NCBI RefSeq assembly: GCF_009914755.1
Contig: NC_060927.1
Source of the DNA: the human T2T-CHM13v2.0 reference genome, Homo sapiens
Reading direction: 5' to 3' (one strand)
DNA length: 64,000 nucleotides
Shown here piece by piece: positions 32,080 to 52,262 of the stretch (positions are counted from its first letter, which is position 1; each line of letters opens with the position of its first letter). A program made the translations under genes and the position numbers. The notes beneath the pieces were generated by a model. That model had not been told where the DNA came from. It was given only the letters and a program-made list of their open reading frames with translations, and did no database searches.

Positions 32080-32800
32080 ACACATTCCCCTACCCCAAAT
32101 CTCTATCACCATGATCTCCATGACCACTCTCAATTGACGATCCCACCACTTTGCTCAGTGTCCTATCCTCTTGCCTCAAGGACTTCCATTTTCTATTTAT
32201 TTCCTCTCCTCTATCATCAGTCTCTCTCTCTTTCCTCTCTATTCATTCTCATTAGCCAAACAGCTTTTAATAAGTTACTAGACCAGCATCTTAAAGCTAG
32301 TGATCAATTTCTTTCCTAGGCTTTCACAGACCACATTCTTCAGTTTTTCCTCCTCCCCTCACTGCTACTCCTCCTTAATCTCATTTGTTGGCTCCTCCCA
32401 CCCATCCAACTAATAGGTACTACTTGGATACCTCCTACATCTCAAATATAGCATGGTCAAAATTGAACTGATGACGATTATCCCATATACCTAATTCAGT
32501 CCTCCCCCAAGTCGTTCCTATGACAGTAATACTACCATCTACCCAATTGCTCAGATCAAACCTCATTTGTCCTTAATTTTTCTCTCTCCACTCACAGCCC
32601 ACTCCACATACCTGCTTATCCTCTTTCTGACCTTACCTCTTTCCATAGTCCCTTCTCCTCATTCTCTAGGTTTTAGCCACATTAGCCTTCTCTCTGTCCC
32701 TCATACATTCCAAGATAATTTCTGGCTCACAGCCCTTTCACCTGCTTGTTCCTTCTTGGAATACCATTCCCTCCAGATCTTCACCAGACTGCTGCTTCTC
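32080..32800. mobile_element. LINE-2 remnant
   Basis: L2-like CATCTCAAATATAGCATGGTCAAAATTGAACT...CCATCTACCCAATTGCTCAG. Confidence 0.55.
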
Positions 32801-32820
32801 GATAATAAAATGACATCTCA

Positions 32821-33470
<650 letters not shown>

Positions 33471-33544
33471 GATGACACCTCAAATGTTATTTCCTTTGAG
33501 ATTCTCCCATCATTCTATATTATAGTACCTTATTTTATTCCTAG

Positions 33545-35530
<1,986 letters not shown>

Positions 35531-38500
35531 ATTTTTTGTATTGCTCGTTTCATCACCTTCCTCCCTCTCAGCCTCCACACTACACACATACCACATCACC
35601 CCCATATCTACCTTAATCCACTCAGGGACCACTAAAGCCTTTCCTTCCTTTGACAATTATCTGAATGTCTAGTAGGTACTCAGCACTATTATGCCTTTTC
35701 CTATCCTTTTCTTACCTTTCCAGATACTACTACTAAATTCAACTCCTACAGCATATACTTTACAATCTGACAATCACATACAGCCTTGACTTGCATTTAT
35801 TGTTCTTGTCTCCCCATATAGAGTTTAAATTTCAAAGAGACAAAGGCAACATCTTGTCCTTATTATATAATCTCCCCTGGGCCTAACATTCCCGTTCCTA
35901 TCATACATTCTCGTTACTTTTTGAATCAAAGAAACTCCTTAACAACAGTACTAGTTTTTAGCTTCCTCACTTCAAGCAATTCTTAAAGGAAAAGAGGGAA
36001 ACATCTCAAAACTGACATGTAGAAAAAGCAAGATATATAGGCCATAAAATTTATGAAATTTGCCGCATTCTCATCTAAGAACAAGGACACGTGAAGACAA
36101 GTGAATTAAAAAAAAACACTGATGAAAAATATACGTTATTTATGTGGTCAATAAAGCTATGAGTGATACACTGCTTTATCAAAGACATTGAAATTTCAGG
36201 TAAAGCACTTTGGAGTAAGTATGCTAACCTGAACTAGCATGAGTAGACTTGATATACAAGCACTCCTTCTCACTTGTTTAAGTCCACATCTTCAACTGGT
36301 ATAGTATCTCAAACATACAAAGAATCCTATTGATCAATATATACCGACTAAATCTAGAAAAAAATAACTTGATCATACTCACCAACTATTCTTACACCCC
36401 AAAAATAGCTGAAACTTTATTTTAATGTGGAATTACTACACAAGTGAGTAAAGCTAACTTATTTTCTTTAAAAAAGTCACTTCTAACAAGAAGTGACTTT
36501 GTTAAAAAGCTAATCTCAAATGTGTCACTACGGAATTCTAATAAGTGAGGAAAGGTTAAGACTATAATCCCAAATGTTAACAACTGTATTTATGCCTGAA
36601 ATGTTTCTCTACTTGTCTGCCAAATAGATACACAAGAATACCTACCTAAAGTGAATGATATTCACCTGTTAAAGCCATCTGCTTTTTCCAAAACCCATAA
36701 GTTGGAACGTTGGGTGACCTAACCTGAACATTTTAGAGCCCAGTGTTGAAGACTATTGTATTCAATTGAATTCCAGTAATTTTACTCATTACTCTGAGTT
36801 AATCTTTTCAATTATCCATTTGTTTTCCTCATTAGCAAAAAGTGAGAGAGGAAAACCTCCAATACCAAATAAGCCTCAAAAGATAAATATGCATAAATGC
36901 TGAAATTCATCTTTAGTACAAGCCAGTGAATCACACAGAAAGAGTTGACTGGCCAGGTGCAGTGGCTCACGCCTGTAATCTCAGCACTTTGGGAGGCCAA
37001 GGCGGGTGGATCACTTGAGGTCAGGAGTTCAAGATCAGCCTGGCCAACATGGTGAAATCCTGTCTCTACTAAAAATACAAAAATTAGCCAGGCATGGTGG
37101 CAGTCATCTGTAATCCCAGCTACTCGGGAGGCTAAGGCACAAGAATTACTTGAATCCCAGTGGGGTGGAGGTTGCAGTGAGCTGAGATTGCGCCATTGCA
37201 CTCCAGCCTGGGTGACACAGCGAGACTCTGTCTCAAATAAAAAATTAAAATTAAAATTAAAAATTCTAAGTATCGAATACGAAGAAAGACATGAGATAGG
37301 TTTCTGAGGGAGATGGCTTGTTATAATTAGACTATTATAATTAGACTGTAGACTCTAAGCTCGCTTGGTTAATATTGTTTTTTTGTGAGACAGGATCTCA
37401 CTGCCCTCACCCAGGCTGGAGTGCAGTGTCATGATCTTGGTTCACTGCAACCTCACACCACCCACCCCCGCCCCATTCTAGTGATCCTCCCACCTCAGCC
37501 TCCCAAGTAGCTAGGATTATAGGCACACACCACCATGCCTGGCTAATTTTTGAATTTTTAGTAGGGATGGGGTTTCACCATGTTGCCCAGGCTGGTCTCA
37601 AACTCCTGGGCTCAAGCGATCTGCCTGCCTCAGCCTCCCAAAGTGCTGGGATTACAAGCATGAGCCACCGCACCCAGTTGGTTAATGTTTAAACTGTACC
37701 TATCTTGTATTGTACCAGACTAAGTACTTATGTCAGCCTTCCTGTCCTACTCTTGCTTAACCACATTAAATGAGAATACAAAAACAGCTCTTTCAAGTTA
37801 CAGCCTTTCATGCAAATTAGCTCTGAAAAACCCACCTTCTAAATAAAAACACAGAAATAAAACCTGTGATGTGATTAAATGGAAAGACATGAGAAAGACA
37901 AGGTCTCTCTTTTTATACATATTTCAGATCTCTTTCCATCATAAATAACTGCTTACTTTCATCTTAATACTAAAAATGCTTCTGAAAATAATTTTATTAT
38001 TTCATGTTTCACAAGTAAGTTTTCTTTTGTTATAAAGAAAAAATAAAAAAATGTGTGGGCTGCTTTCTATTTTAGAAACATACCAAGTACAACAATTCAA
38101 AAAGTTTCTAGCATAAGTTAACACCCGACCAAAATCAAAACACATTAAAAAACAATTCAGTACTCTTACGGAACAAAAGCTTAAATGCAATAAAAATAGC
38201 CATTGTTTATTTTCTGGTTTTGGTAAAGAGTTTAAGCATTTTTTTTTCATTGTAATTAATGTCTGAGGTATAGAAGGAAAAGGTTTCAAGTCAACTAACA
38301 CAACTACAAGTAGGGTAAAAGCTATCCATACCTTAAAAAAAACACTTGAAACACATATTCTTACAAGGCAAAGCCAAATGATAATATAGGATGATTGTGA
38401 ATTACAATGCACTGAATGCACCACTATCCATCATTTCATACAGAAAAAGGTTAAAATAAACTGCAAAAGGCTATCTGTGTGCTAGTAAAAGGTTGTAACA

Positions 38501-38715
38501 GTGACTGAATAACCCTGGTACATCCGTTCAATGTGGTAGTATGCAGCTTCAAAAAGTTCTAATTACGAACTTTGATCTAAAAGATCATAATAATGGGCTG
38601 GACGTGGTAGCTCCCCCATCTGTAATCCCAGCACTTTGGGAGGCTGAGGCAGTAGGGTTGTTTGAGGCTAGGAGTTCGAGACCATCCTGAGCAACATAGT
38701 GAGACCTCGCCTCTA

Positions 38716-38886
<171 letters not shown>

Positions 38887-40009
38887 TTAATTTAATTAAA
38901 ATAAAAGGTCATAATGAAGATCTCTGTATACTGCTCCGGAATGTACTGTTAAGGAAAAAAAGCAAGAAACAAAACAGTAAATTTAGTATGCTACTTCGTG
39001 GTGGGGGGAGGTGGGGAAGGGGAATACCATATATACATTGTCTTTTTTTTTTTTTTTGAGATGAAGTTTTGCCCTTGTCGGCCAGGCTGGAGTGCAATGG
39101 CGCAATCTCGCTCACTGCAACCTCCGCCTCCCAGGTTCAAGCAATTCTCCTGCCTCAGCCTTCTGAGTAGCTGGGATTACAGGAGCCTGCCACCACGCCC
39201 AACTGATTTTTTGTATTTTTAGCAGAGATGGGGTTTCACCATGTTGGCCAGGCTGGTCTTGAACTCCTGACCTCAGGTGATCTGCCCCACCTCAGCCTCC
39301 CAAAGTGCTGGGATTACAAGCGTGAGCCACTGCGCCTGGCTCATTGGCTTCTTATTTTCAAAATGGAAAAATGAAAGTTGGGGCTGGGCATGGTGGGTCA
39401 CACCTGTAATCCCAGCACTTTGGGAGGCTGATGCTGGAGGATCACTTGAGCCCAAGGAGCTCAAGACTAGTCTGGGCAACATAGTGAGAGCCCATTTCTA
39501 CAAAAAATTTAAAAATTAGCCAGGCGTTGGTGATGCATGCCTGTAGTCCCAGGTACTCAGCAGGATGAGGCAGGACCACTGCTTGAGCCCAGGACGTCAA
39601 GGATGCAGTGAGCTACGATCTCACCACTGCATTCCACCGTGAGCAACAGAGCAAGACCCCGTCTCAAAAAACAAAACAAAAAAACTTTATTGGGGAAAAA
39701 ACCTTAACAAAAGTAGACATAAAATTCTGCTGTGTTCAAGGAGAGAAACACTAATATTCCAAATATTTAAATCCACTTTCCACCTATCTGTAATCTTTTA
39801 GGATAAGGCACTACAGTGCTAAATTTTCATTTCCTGCAAAAAATATCTTTTGTGCTCTTAAGGTAAACAGAAAAATAAGAGTATTTTTGAACATCATTTT
39901 GCAGATTAGAATTGCTATCTAGTCTACTGATCTTTTTAATTTCTGTAAGTTGCTCATTATTAAATACTAACAGTATATAACTGCATATTCATATAATAAA
40001 GCTAGTTGA

Positions 40010-40287
<278 letters not shown>

Positions 40288-40947
40288 TAGCCAGGATGGT
40301 CCCGATCTCCTGACCTCGTGATCTGCCCGCCTCGGCCTCCCAAAGTGCCGGGATTACAGGCATGAGCCACTGCGCCCGGCCACATTACACCAGAACTTAA
40401 GAAAATGCAGTTGTCCCACAGCTCTAGCTGTCAAGTTTCTAGCCACTTAATCAGAGACAAAACTTAAGTGCTATAAACAGCTCACTTGAGGAGGCCAAAT
40501 CTTATGCTCTATGACAAAGAACTACTCCAAGGTGACAAAGTAAATGTATACCTCACAGAAACAACACAGGGCAAAATATCAGAAGCCAGGTGCAGTGACT
40601 CACACCTGTAATCCCAACATTTTGGGAGGCCAAGGCAGGAGGATCACTTGAGCCCAGGAGTTCAAGACCAGCCTGGGCAGCACTGTGAGACCCTGTCTCT
40701 AAAAAAAATTATAAAAATAAATAAGTCCAGCCGGGTGCAGTGGCTCATGCCTGTAATCCCAGCACTTTGGGAGACCGAGGCAGGCGAATCACGAGGTCAA
40801 GAGAGCGAGACCATCCTGGCCAACATGGTGAAACCCCGTCTCTGCTAAAAATACAAAAATTAGCTAGGCGTGGTGGTGCATGCCTATAGTCCCAGTCTCA
40901 GCCACTTGGGAAACTGAGGCAGGAGAATCGCTTGAACCAGGGAGTCA

Positions 40948-41333
<386 letters not shown>

Positions 41334-41526
41334 TCAATCAAACAAACAAACAATAAATAAATATTTTAAAAATAACAGAATATGTCTTGGAATTAAATAG
41401 TAGACAATATTATATCCAAAAGTTAAAGTACGCAGCTGGTTTTCATGCCTACATCTACAGAGGTGAGAACACTGAAAAATCAAAACTGACAATGTGTAAA
41501 CATAACTAGAATGATGAAAAAAACTG

Positions 41527-42061
41527 CAGGTTGAGTAACGCTTACTGAAAACACTTGGGACAGTAAGTATGTCCAACTTTTTCAGATTCTGGAATATCTG
41601 CATATACACGAGATATCTTGGGGCCAGATATCTTGGACCCAAGTCTACACACCAAATTTATTTATGTTTCATATACCCCTTATACACATGGCCTGAAGGT
41701 AATTTTATACAATATTTTTTAATAATTTTGGGACATGGAATAAACTGTGTTGTATGCCTGTGTTTTGTTTTTGTTTTTAAGAGACGGGGTCTTGCTTTGT
41801 TGCCCAGGCTGGAGCAAGTACAGTAGTACAATCCCAGCTTGCTGCAGCCTTGAACTCCTGGACTCAAATGATCCTCCTACCTCAGGCTCCTGAAGGGACT
41901 ACAGGTGCATGCCACCATGCCCAGCTTGGCTGTGTTTTGACTGCAGCCCCTCACATGAGGTCATGTGTAAAATTTCCCACTGTGGCATCATGTCAGCATT
42001 AAAAAAGTTTTAACTTTTGGAGCATTTCAGATTTCACATTTTTGGATTCAGCTGAGGCCTG
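41527..42061. mobile_element. Tigger4/MER46 (Zombi)-like DNA transposon containing an antisense Alu monomer (~41760-41930)
   Basis: CAGGTTGAGTA left end, ...CCTG|TA right end, and the internal TTTTGGAGCATTTCAGATTTC motif. Confidence 0.7.
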
Positions 42062-42386
42062 TATACAGTTTAAGAACTATATAACCTAAAAGGAACTATG
42101 CAGCTGAACAGGTGTGGTGGCTCATGCCTGTAGTCTCAGCACTTTGGGAGGCCCCCAACAGGAGGAGTGCTTAAGGCCAGGAATTTGAGACTGGCCTGGA
42201 CAACATAGCAAGGCTCTGTCTCTACAAAAAATAAAAAATTAGCTGGGTATAGTGGCTTACATCTATAGTCCCAGATACTCAAGAGGCTGAGGCAGGAGGA
42301 TCAGTTGAGCCCAGGAGTCTAAGGCTACAGTGAGCTATGATGGTGCCACTGCACTTCAGCCTGGGTGACAGAGCGAGACCCTGTCT

Positions 42387-42421
<35 letters not shown>

Positions 42422-43342
42422 TACAGCCTAAATTGTCTGCTATGGTCTTTCTAGTGCCTCTGTCCAGAAAGCATATCCCACTTGCTCTTATCTCCCATCT
42501 TGTACTCTCAAAATGTCAGCTGGAGAGGTACCACCCACAGTACAATATATTAGGAGCAAAAGCTCTTATATTCAGTCAACCTGAATTTGAATACTGACTC
42601 CAAAGTTTTTTAACCTAAGTTACTAAAAGAAATGGAGGCCAAAGAAGCTAGCTATAAAACTGAAATAGTACTATATTTACTTTAAAAAGAGAACGAGTGT
42701 CTATTTAAAATCCTTCATATAGCCGGGTGTGGTGGCTCACGCCTGTAATTCCCACACTTTGGGAGGCCGAGGCAGGCGGATCACCTGAGGTCAGGAGTTC
42801 AAGACCAGCCTGGCCAACATAGCGAAACCCCGTCTCTACTAAAAATACAAAAATTAACCAGTCATAGTGGTAGTCGCCTCTAATACCAGCTACTCGGGAG
42901 GCTGAGGCAGGAGAATCGCTTGAATCCAGAGGCAGAGGTTGCAGTAAGCCGAGGTCATGCCACTACTCTCCAACCTGGGCGACACAGTGAGACTCCGTCT
43001 AAAAAAAAAAAAAAAAAATTCCTTCATATAGGCCAGGCATGATGGCACATGCCTGTAATCCCAGCATTCTAAGAGGCCAAGGCGAGATGACTGCTTGAAG
43101 CCAGGAGTTCAAAACCAGCCCGGGCAACATGGAGAGATCTTGCCTCTACAAAAAAATTTTAGAATTATCCAGGTATACTGGCGTTTGCCTGTGGTCCCAG
43201 CTGCTTGGGAGGCTGAGACAGGAGAATCACTTGAGAGTCCAGGAAGTCAAAACTGCAGTGAGCCAGGTTTGCATTACTAGTCCACTCTAGGTGACAGAGT
43301 GAGACCCTGTCTTCAAAAAAAAAAAAAAATTCCTTCATATAG

Positions 43343-44116
<774 letters not shown>

Positions 44117-44457
44117 TGAAACCCTGTCTCTACTAAAAATACAAAAAAAATTAGCCGGGCAAGGTGGTGGGCGCCTGTAGTCCCAGCTACTTGGGAGGCT
44201 GAAGCAGGAGAATGGCATGAACCCGGGAGGCGGAGCTTGCAGTGAGCAAACACCACTGCACACCAGCCTGGGCGACAGAGCAAGACTCTGTCTCAAAAAA
44301 AAAAAAAAAAAAAAAAGATATTTTCTTTCAGCTCCTATACTTTCTGCACTCTTGTTCATAAAGGTATGCTTAGAACCCTCTTACAAAATTAAAGTATTAT
44401 ACTCATTGGTGGGCTAAAAATATATTTTAGTAAACCTAGGCTTCAACTATAACATAA

Positions 44458-44813
<356 letters not shown>

Positions 44814-46321
44814 TGAAACAGAACAATGTTACTCCCCTCAAACTTTCTTTTAATGAAGACAAAAAATACAAAAACAGGGAAATTTCAAAGTACAATCTGT
44901 GTTCAAGTATTCTCCAATTTTTTATACCTTCTTTCTACCTCTATACTATTCTAAAATGAGCACTGGTTTTTAAATGAACTTCAAATAAATGCACATTTCT
45001 GAATCAGACAATCATTAATTAGGGTCTTAAATTAATGATGTTTGACTTAGAACTGAGGTTAGAATAATAAAAACCCCATTTTCCAGTAGGAAAAACTTTA
45101 TAGACATCCAATCGACTTACATACAAGTTTCTTTTTTAAAAGTGGCCATAGGCCAGGCACGGTGGCTCACGCCTGTAATCCCAGCACTTTGGGAGGCTGA
45201 GGCGGGAGGATCACTACATGGAATAATGGTGAATGAAGGCTTGAGTTTCATACGGGATTAAGCTCATTTCCAGTAAAGATTTCAGACTACTTAAGGCACC
45301 TGGACAGAAAAACGGGCAGATCTGAATGATCCCCATATCCAGTTTACCTTTTGCTGAATGATATTCATACCCATAATCCTCCAGCATATACATTTGCAAA
45401 GTCAGAGGAAAGAACCAATTCAAATACAGAATCACCTGCACCCTCCAAATTGAACAATTATAAGTACATCAAGGTCAATTCTGAAGACCTTTAGGAAAAC
45501 AAGTAACTCAATACAGAAATCCAGTTGTTTATGAATGGCAGCTATTCTAAATGTTATTCCTTAACATCATTAAAAAGTCAGTTTTGGACAAACTGGTAAA
45601 TGAATATTACCCAAGTTCTGATATGCCACTAAACTAGCTAGTGAGCACAACCTGTATGTCTTTGGACTTCCTTTTCTTCCCTTTATAAAATTAGAGGCAC
45701 TAGCTCCCCTTGCCCTTTTAAAATCACACTCATGGCAAGTCACAATGAGCAAGCTAAAGGGGAAAAAAAAAAAGTTGGGAGCCACAGAAATGAGGAATTA
45801 TTAGATATAGTAGAAGGACTCCCTACACTAGACACCTCTTATAGCACTCAGCAATTTACACTTGGTTAAAAACTGAAGGGGAAATGGGCATAGGGTTCAT
45901 CCTCTCTCTGTATCCTCCCCCATAATGTAGCCCTACAACATCCTCTACCATCTGCCTACTCCATTTTTGCCTAAGTCCTACTCTTCAAGGCTAAGTTCAG
46001 GTATTCTTCTGGGCTGCCCTCCCTGATTGCCCACCTGATCCCCATCCCAGTAGAAGTCAGATATCCCTGCCATAGCACATTGTGCTTACTTCTGTATCCT
46101 TAGCACAGGTCTGGCATTCAACAAATGTTAGCTGAATAAATTGTCAAGAGTTCAAGAGTTCAATCTCAGCTAGTTGTTCTAAACATTAGGTTAAAAGGCT
46201 CGATATAATGAAAAGAGTTTAAATATAACATTTTTAATTGCCTCATACAGTTAGAAACTGACAGACTTTAGAAAACTGAATTTTTTTGTATGCTAGGTAT
46301 AAAAAGTATCAGCTACCCTAG

Positions 46322-46596
<275 letters not shown>

Positions 46597-48043
46597 TAGT
46601 AGAGATGGGGTTTCACCACGTTGGCCAGGATGGTCTCGATCTCCTGACCTTGTGATTCGCCCGCCTCGGCCTCCCAAAGTGCTGGGATTACAAGAATGAG
46701 CCACCGTGCGCGGCCTCAAAAATATCGTTTGATTTACCACTGCATCTGAGGTTCCTCACTTCCTTTTTGCCCGTAATATTTTGCCCATAATATTTATAAA
46801 GAGATAAATGAGATTACTGATCTGAGAAATTTGGATAGAAAGTCAACAGAACAAGGGTAAAGTGCAGCTTACCCTTAGTTTAAGGATTACCCATCCTGGA
46901 AAATACACAAGTACAAAACAACTGAAAAGGCTGGGAGAAAAAAGTGGTCTAGCATACCAACAGAAGAAGCATAAAAAGTGCTATGAGCACCAAGTCACTG
47001 CCATTAGCCCAACACATACCACTCAATTCCCTGACCTCTGTCCTAATCTTATAGTTATTTAAGAATGTCTGGTAATAGGCTGGGCACGGTGTCTCACGCC
47101 TGTAATCCCAGCACTTTGGGAAGCTGAGGTAGGGAGACTGCCTGAGTCCAGGAGTTCGAGACCCTGTCGCTACAAAAAATAAATAAATAAAATTAGGCGT
47201 AGTGGGAGGATTTCTTGAGCCTGGGAGGTTGAGGCTGCAGTGAGCCGTGATCGTGCCACTACATTTCAGCCTGAGTGACAGAGAAAGACCCTATCTTTAA
47301 AAAAAAAAAAAAGAAAGAAAAAGAAAAAAGAAAAGCATGTATTATAATAGAGGTCAGCAATTATTAACAATGCTGCTGGTAATCAAATTAGAATAATGAT
47401 CGTTACAAAGAATCAGGTCAATTCAAACATTTACTAAGCATGTACTACCATGTACCCAACTACTAGTTACTAGGATTCCTCCATTAAAAGAGAAGAACAT
47501 ATTCTATAATATATTCATCATGGGTCTTGAATTTTCTGATACATAGATCTACAAAATCCCTTAGGTCCTAGCAACAAAACCAAACAGGTCTAATGAGAAT
47601 AGATGAATGCTAAGATAGCCAGGCTTCAATGAAATGTTAGCCTTTCTTGATACTTCGTATTAATAATCAACCAAAACATCTTAAAAATTACAGAATTATA
47701 AAAATACATATATAAAAACATATCTTTTAAAAACTTATATGAAAAAATAGCATCGATGAAAATAAAAAAGCTTAAGCAATCGGTACATTTCAAAAAAGCA
47801 CACAGCTAACAAAAAAATTGTGCAGCACACATACGCACAACTGGAAAAAAAGTCCTATCACAGATTCTAACTCCTGCTCCCAGTTTCATATCCTGACACC
47901 ATCATGATCTTCTCTAAGAGTATGCCGCGTACAGTGGCTCATGTCTATAATCCCAGCATGTGGGGAGGCCAAGGCGGGTGGATCACCTGAGATCGGGAGT
48001 TCGAGACCAGCCTAGCCAACATAGTGAAACTCCATCTCTGCTA

Positions 48044-48297
<254 letters not shown>

Positions 48298-49394
48298 TCA
48301 TATGAGCAATACTATAACTGGGGGAACAGTCTTTTTATATTCAATCACTACGGTTTGAATGTGTTCAAGGTGTTCATATCAGCTAGTAACACTACTTCCT
48401 TACACAAACTGCTAATCTGCCAAAAAGTATACTATACTTTTCATAATTGTGACAACTGGTTTCCTGAATAATTGTACAACAAAAGTTGTTTTGTTTTTGT
48501 TCCTCAATAGACATGGTAAGCTTAAGCTTGAAAATATACCTATTATGGTTACCTTGAGGCAAACTTGAAGAGATTTTCACCAATTTCTAAAATGTTGTAT
48601 TGTACCTCAAAGAAATTTGCCTTTACTACAGATAATTCTTAACTACATTTTCAGCACAGAACCAGTACCATAAAATGTGTAGCTTATGTTTTAGAGTTGA
48701 TACTCCAATCAAGTATTGATAAATTAATGGAAGAGTCGTATTTTTAACCAGGCAATTTTTAACCAGATGTATTTTCAACCAGGTCTGTGTGTGCTCAAGG
48801 CCAGAATAAATGGATTTCTATAGAAAGAGTTTTTACAGTCATTTAATATAATTTGTGAAAAACAGTATTTGCTCCACTTTACATTCACACAAAACTCATA
48901 AAAAATTTAAACTTTAAACCTAGCATCTTCTGCTTCTTCAAATAGAGTATGTAATTAATAACTATTCATCATGAGGCCAAATATCAGACAAAAGCCTCAA
49001 AACACAAGTTAGACCACGGATTCACAAAGAGCTAACCATGAAGCAAATAGTGTTGATTACGATAATAGTCCTCCCCAAAGAGAGGGTCCAACCACACTTG
49101 GCAGGGAAGTGGGCCACAGGAAGAACTACAATTGGAAACCACCACTTGCTCTAGGTTCTTGCAAGCCCAGAGCAGTGCTCCCAGTAAGCAGACCTCCCAG
49201 AAGCCTGCCAGCACAATTGCAGTCTTATCAACACCCACATCATCCCAAGGATATTTTCACTTGCAAGATGTTAGCATTTGACAGAAAAAGCATTCTAAAA
49301 TAAAAAGCAACTATGGGAATTCAGACCTATCTTAAACCTCCATTGAAATGACAATATGTTTGCTCAGCTGGAAAAAAGACTGAAGTAACCATTA

Positions 49395-49544
<150 letters not shown>

Positions 49545-49651
49545 TTAAAATTAAAAAATTAAAAAGCAAAGACTACCAAATTAAACAAAGTAAATTTACA
49601 CAAATTCCAAAGCTAAGAGACTCAAATACAACATTTTATTACACAATTTTT

Positions 49652-49702
49652 ATTAACCAAAAATTATACAAGGTAATTAACCAAAAATTATACAAGGTAA
49701 TT
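49652..49702. repeat. Perfect 24-bp tandem duplication
   Basis: ATTAACCAAAAATTATACAAGGTA x2, followed by ATT. Confidence 0.9.
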
Positions 49703-49824
49703 GCCTTTCATTTGAATGAGAGACTTCCAAATACTGTATAAGTCCAACTATGGAAAAATGACAACAACAAACCTATCAAATTTTGTCTTAGCTCTGTTGG
49801 CCAGCCTCAAACCAACCATTTTCA

Positions 49825-49953
<129 letters not shown>

Positions 49954-49986
49954 CTATCTCTACAAAAAAAATTTAAAAATTAGCTA

Positions 49987-50157
<171 letters not shown>

Positions 50158-50532
50158 TTAAATGCCTTCAGTTTCCTTTTTAAAAGAAACAAGTAACTAA
50201 TCAAAGTAAGGCAGGAATAAAAATTATCTGCTTAATCCATCAGTACCATATACAAATAGAAATAAGTACAGATTTTTTAAAAAACTCTAAACAAAATCCC
50301 CCAAACACCATCATAACCAGAAAAACTCACTCTGTGGAGAAATACATTTGGAAAGAGACACCTTCCACGTAGCACAATATGCCCTAAGGCTCTTTTAAAC
50401 TGCCTAATATACTAACCAGACATCTTAAGAAAATCAAACAACTTAACATGGTACATCCATACTACAGAATATTGTTCAACTATTTAAAAAAATAAGCACG
50501 TCTTGGCCAGGCGCGGTGGCTCACACCTGTTA

Positions 50533-50939
<407 letters not shown>

Positions 50940-51150
50940 TTAAGTTCTTGGATATGGTATTTGGAGAGGTGGAGCAGAGAAGAGATACTCAGGGAGGATT
51001 TTTACTTTTTCTTCTATAAACATTTGTATTGTCTGACCCTTTTGCAATAAGCATTTATTGTTGTGGTAATTAAAAAAACAAAACATTGGCCGGGAGCGGT
51101 GGCTCAGGCCTGTAATCCCAACACTTTGGGAGGCTGAGACGGACGGATCA

Positions 51151-51470
<320 letters not shown>

Positions 51471-51489
51471 TTAAAGTTATCCTCAGAGA

Positions 51490-51900
51490 TTGAAAAAGAC
51501 TAAGAGACATGACAATTAAATGCAATGTGTAATACTAGATTGAAAAAAAAAGACATCTTTGGGACAACTGGCAAAATGTATAAATTACATATCAGGTAAT
51601 AGTAGGGTTACAAATGTTAAAATGTCTGAATTTGATTACTGTATATTGATTATCTAAGACAATACTTGTTCTTAGGTAACACTATCAGATATTTAGGAAA
51701 GAAAGATCATGATGCCTGCAATTTACTCTCAAAAGGTTCTGCCAAAAGTAAATAAAACTTTTTTTAAAATATAGAAAGGTAATACAAACGTGGCAAAATT
51801 CCAATTACTGGTTAATCTAGGTTAAAAGTACATTATGGGAATTCACTGTGCTATTCTTGCAACTTTCCTGAAAGTTTAAAATTTTTTCAAAATAAAAAGT
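51490..51900 (+). mobile_element. Old L1M (MC/ME) 3' fragment
   Basis: AGAGACATGACAATTAAATGCAATGTG...ATTCTTGCAACTTTCCTG...AAAATAAAAAGT. Confidence 0.65.
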
Positions 51901-52067
51901 GTTTTCTGACAGGCGCAGTGGCTCACACCTGTAATCCCAGCACTTTGGGAGACTGAGGTGGGTGGATCACTTGAGGTCAGAAAACCAGCCTGGGCAGCAT
52001 GGCAAACCCCATCTCTTCAAAAAATACAAAAATTAGCCGGGTGTGGTAGTGTGCACCTGTAGTCCTA

Positions 52068-52262
<195 letters not shown>

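Noticed and set aside
48739-48783. Three loose TTTT(A/C)AACCAG-like repeats
   Set aside because: Short, degenerate and AT-rich; compatible with slippage, and not a CRISPR-like or otherwise structured array.
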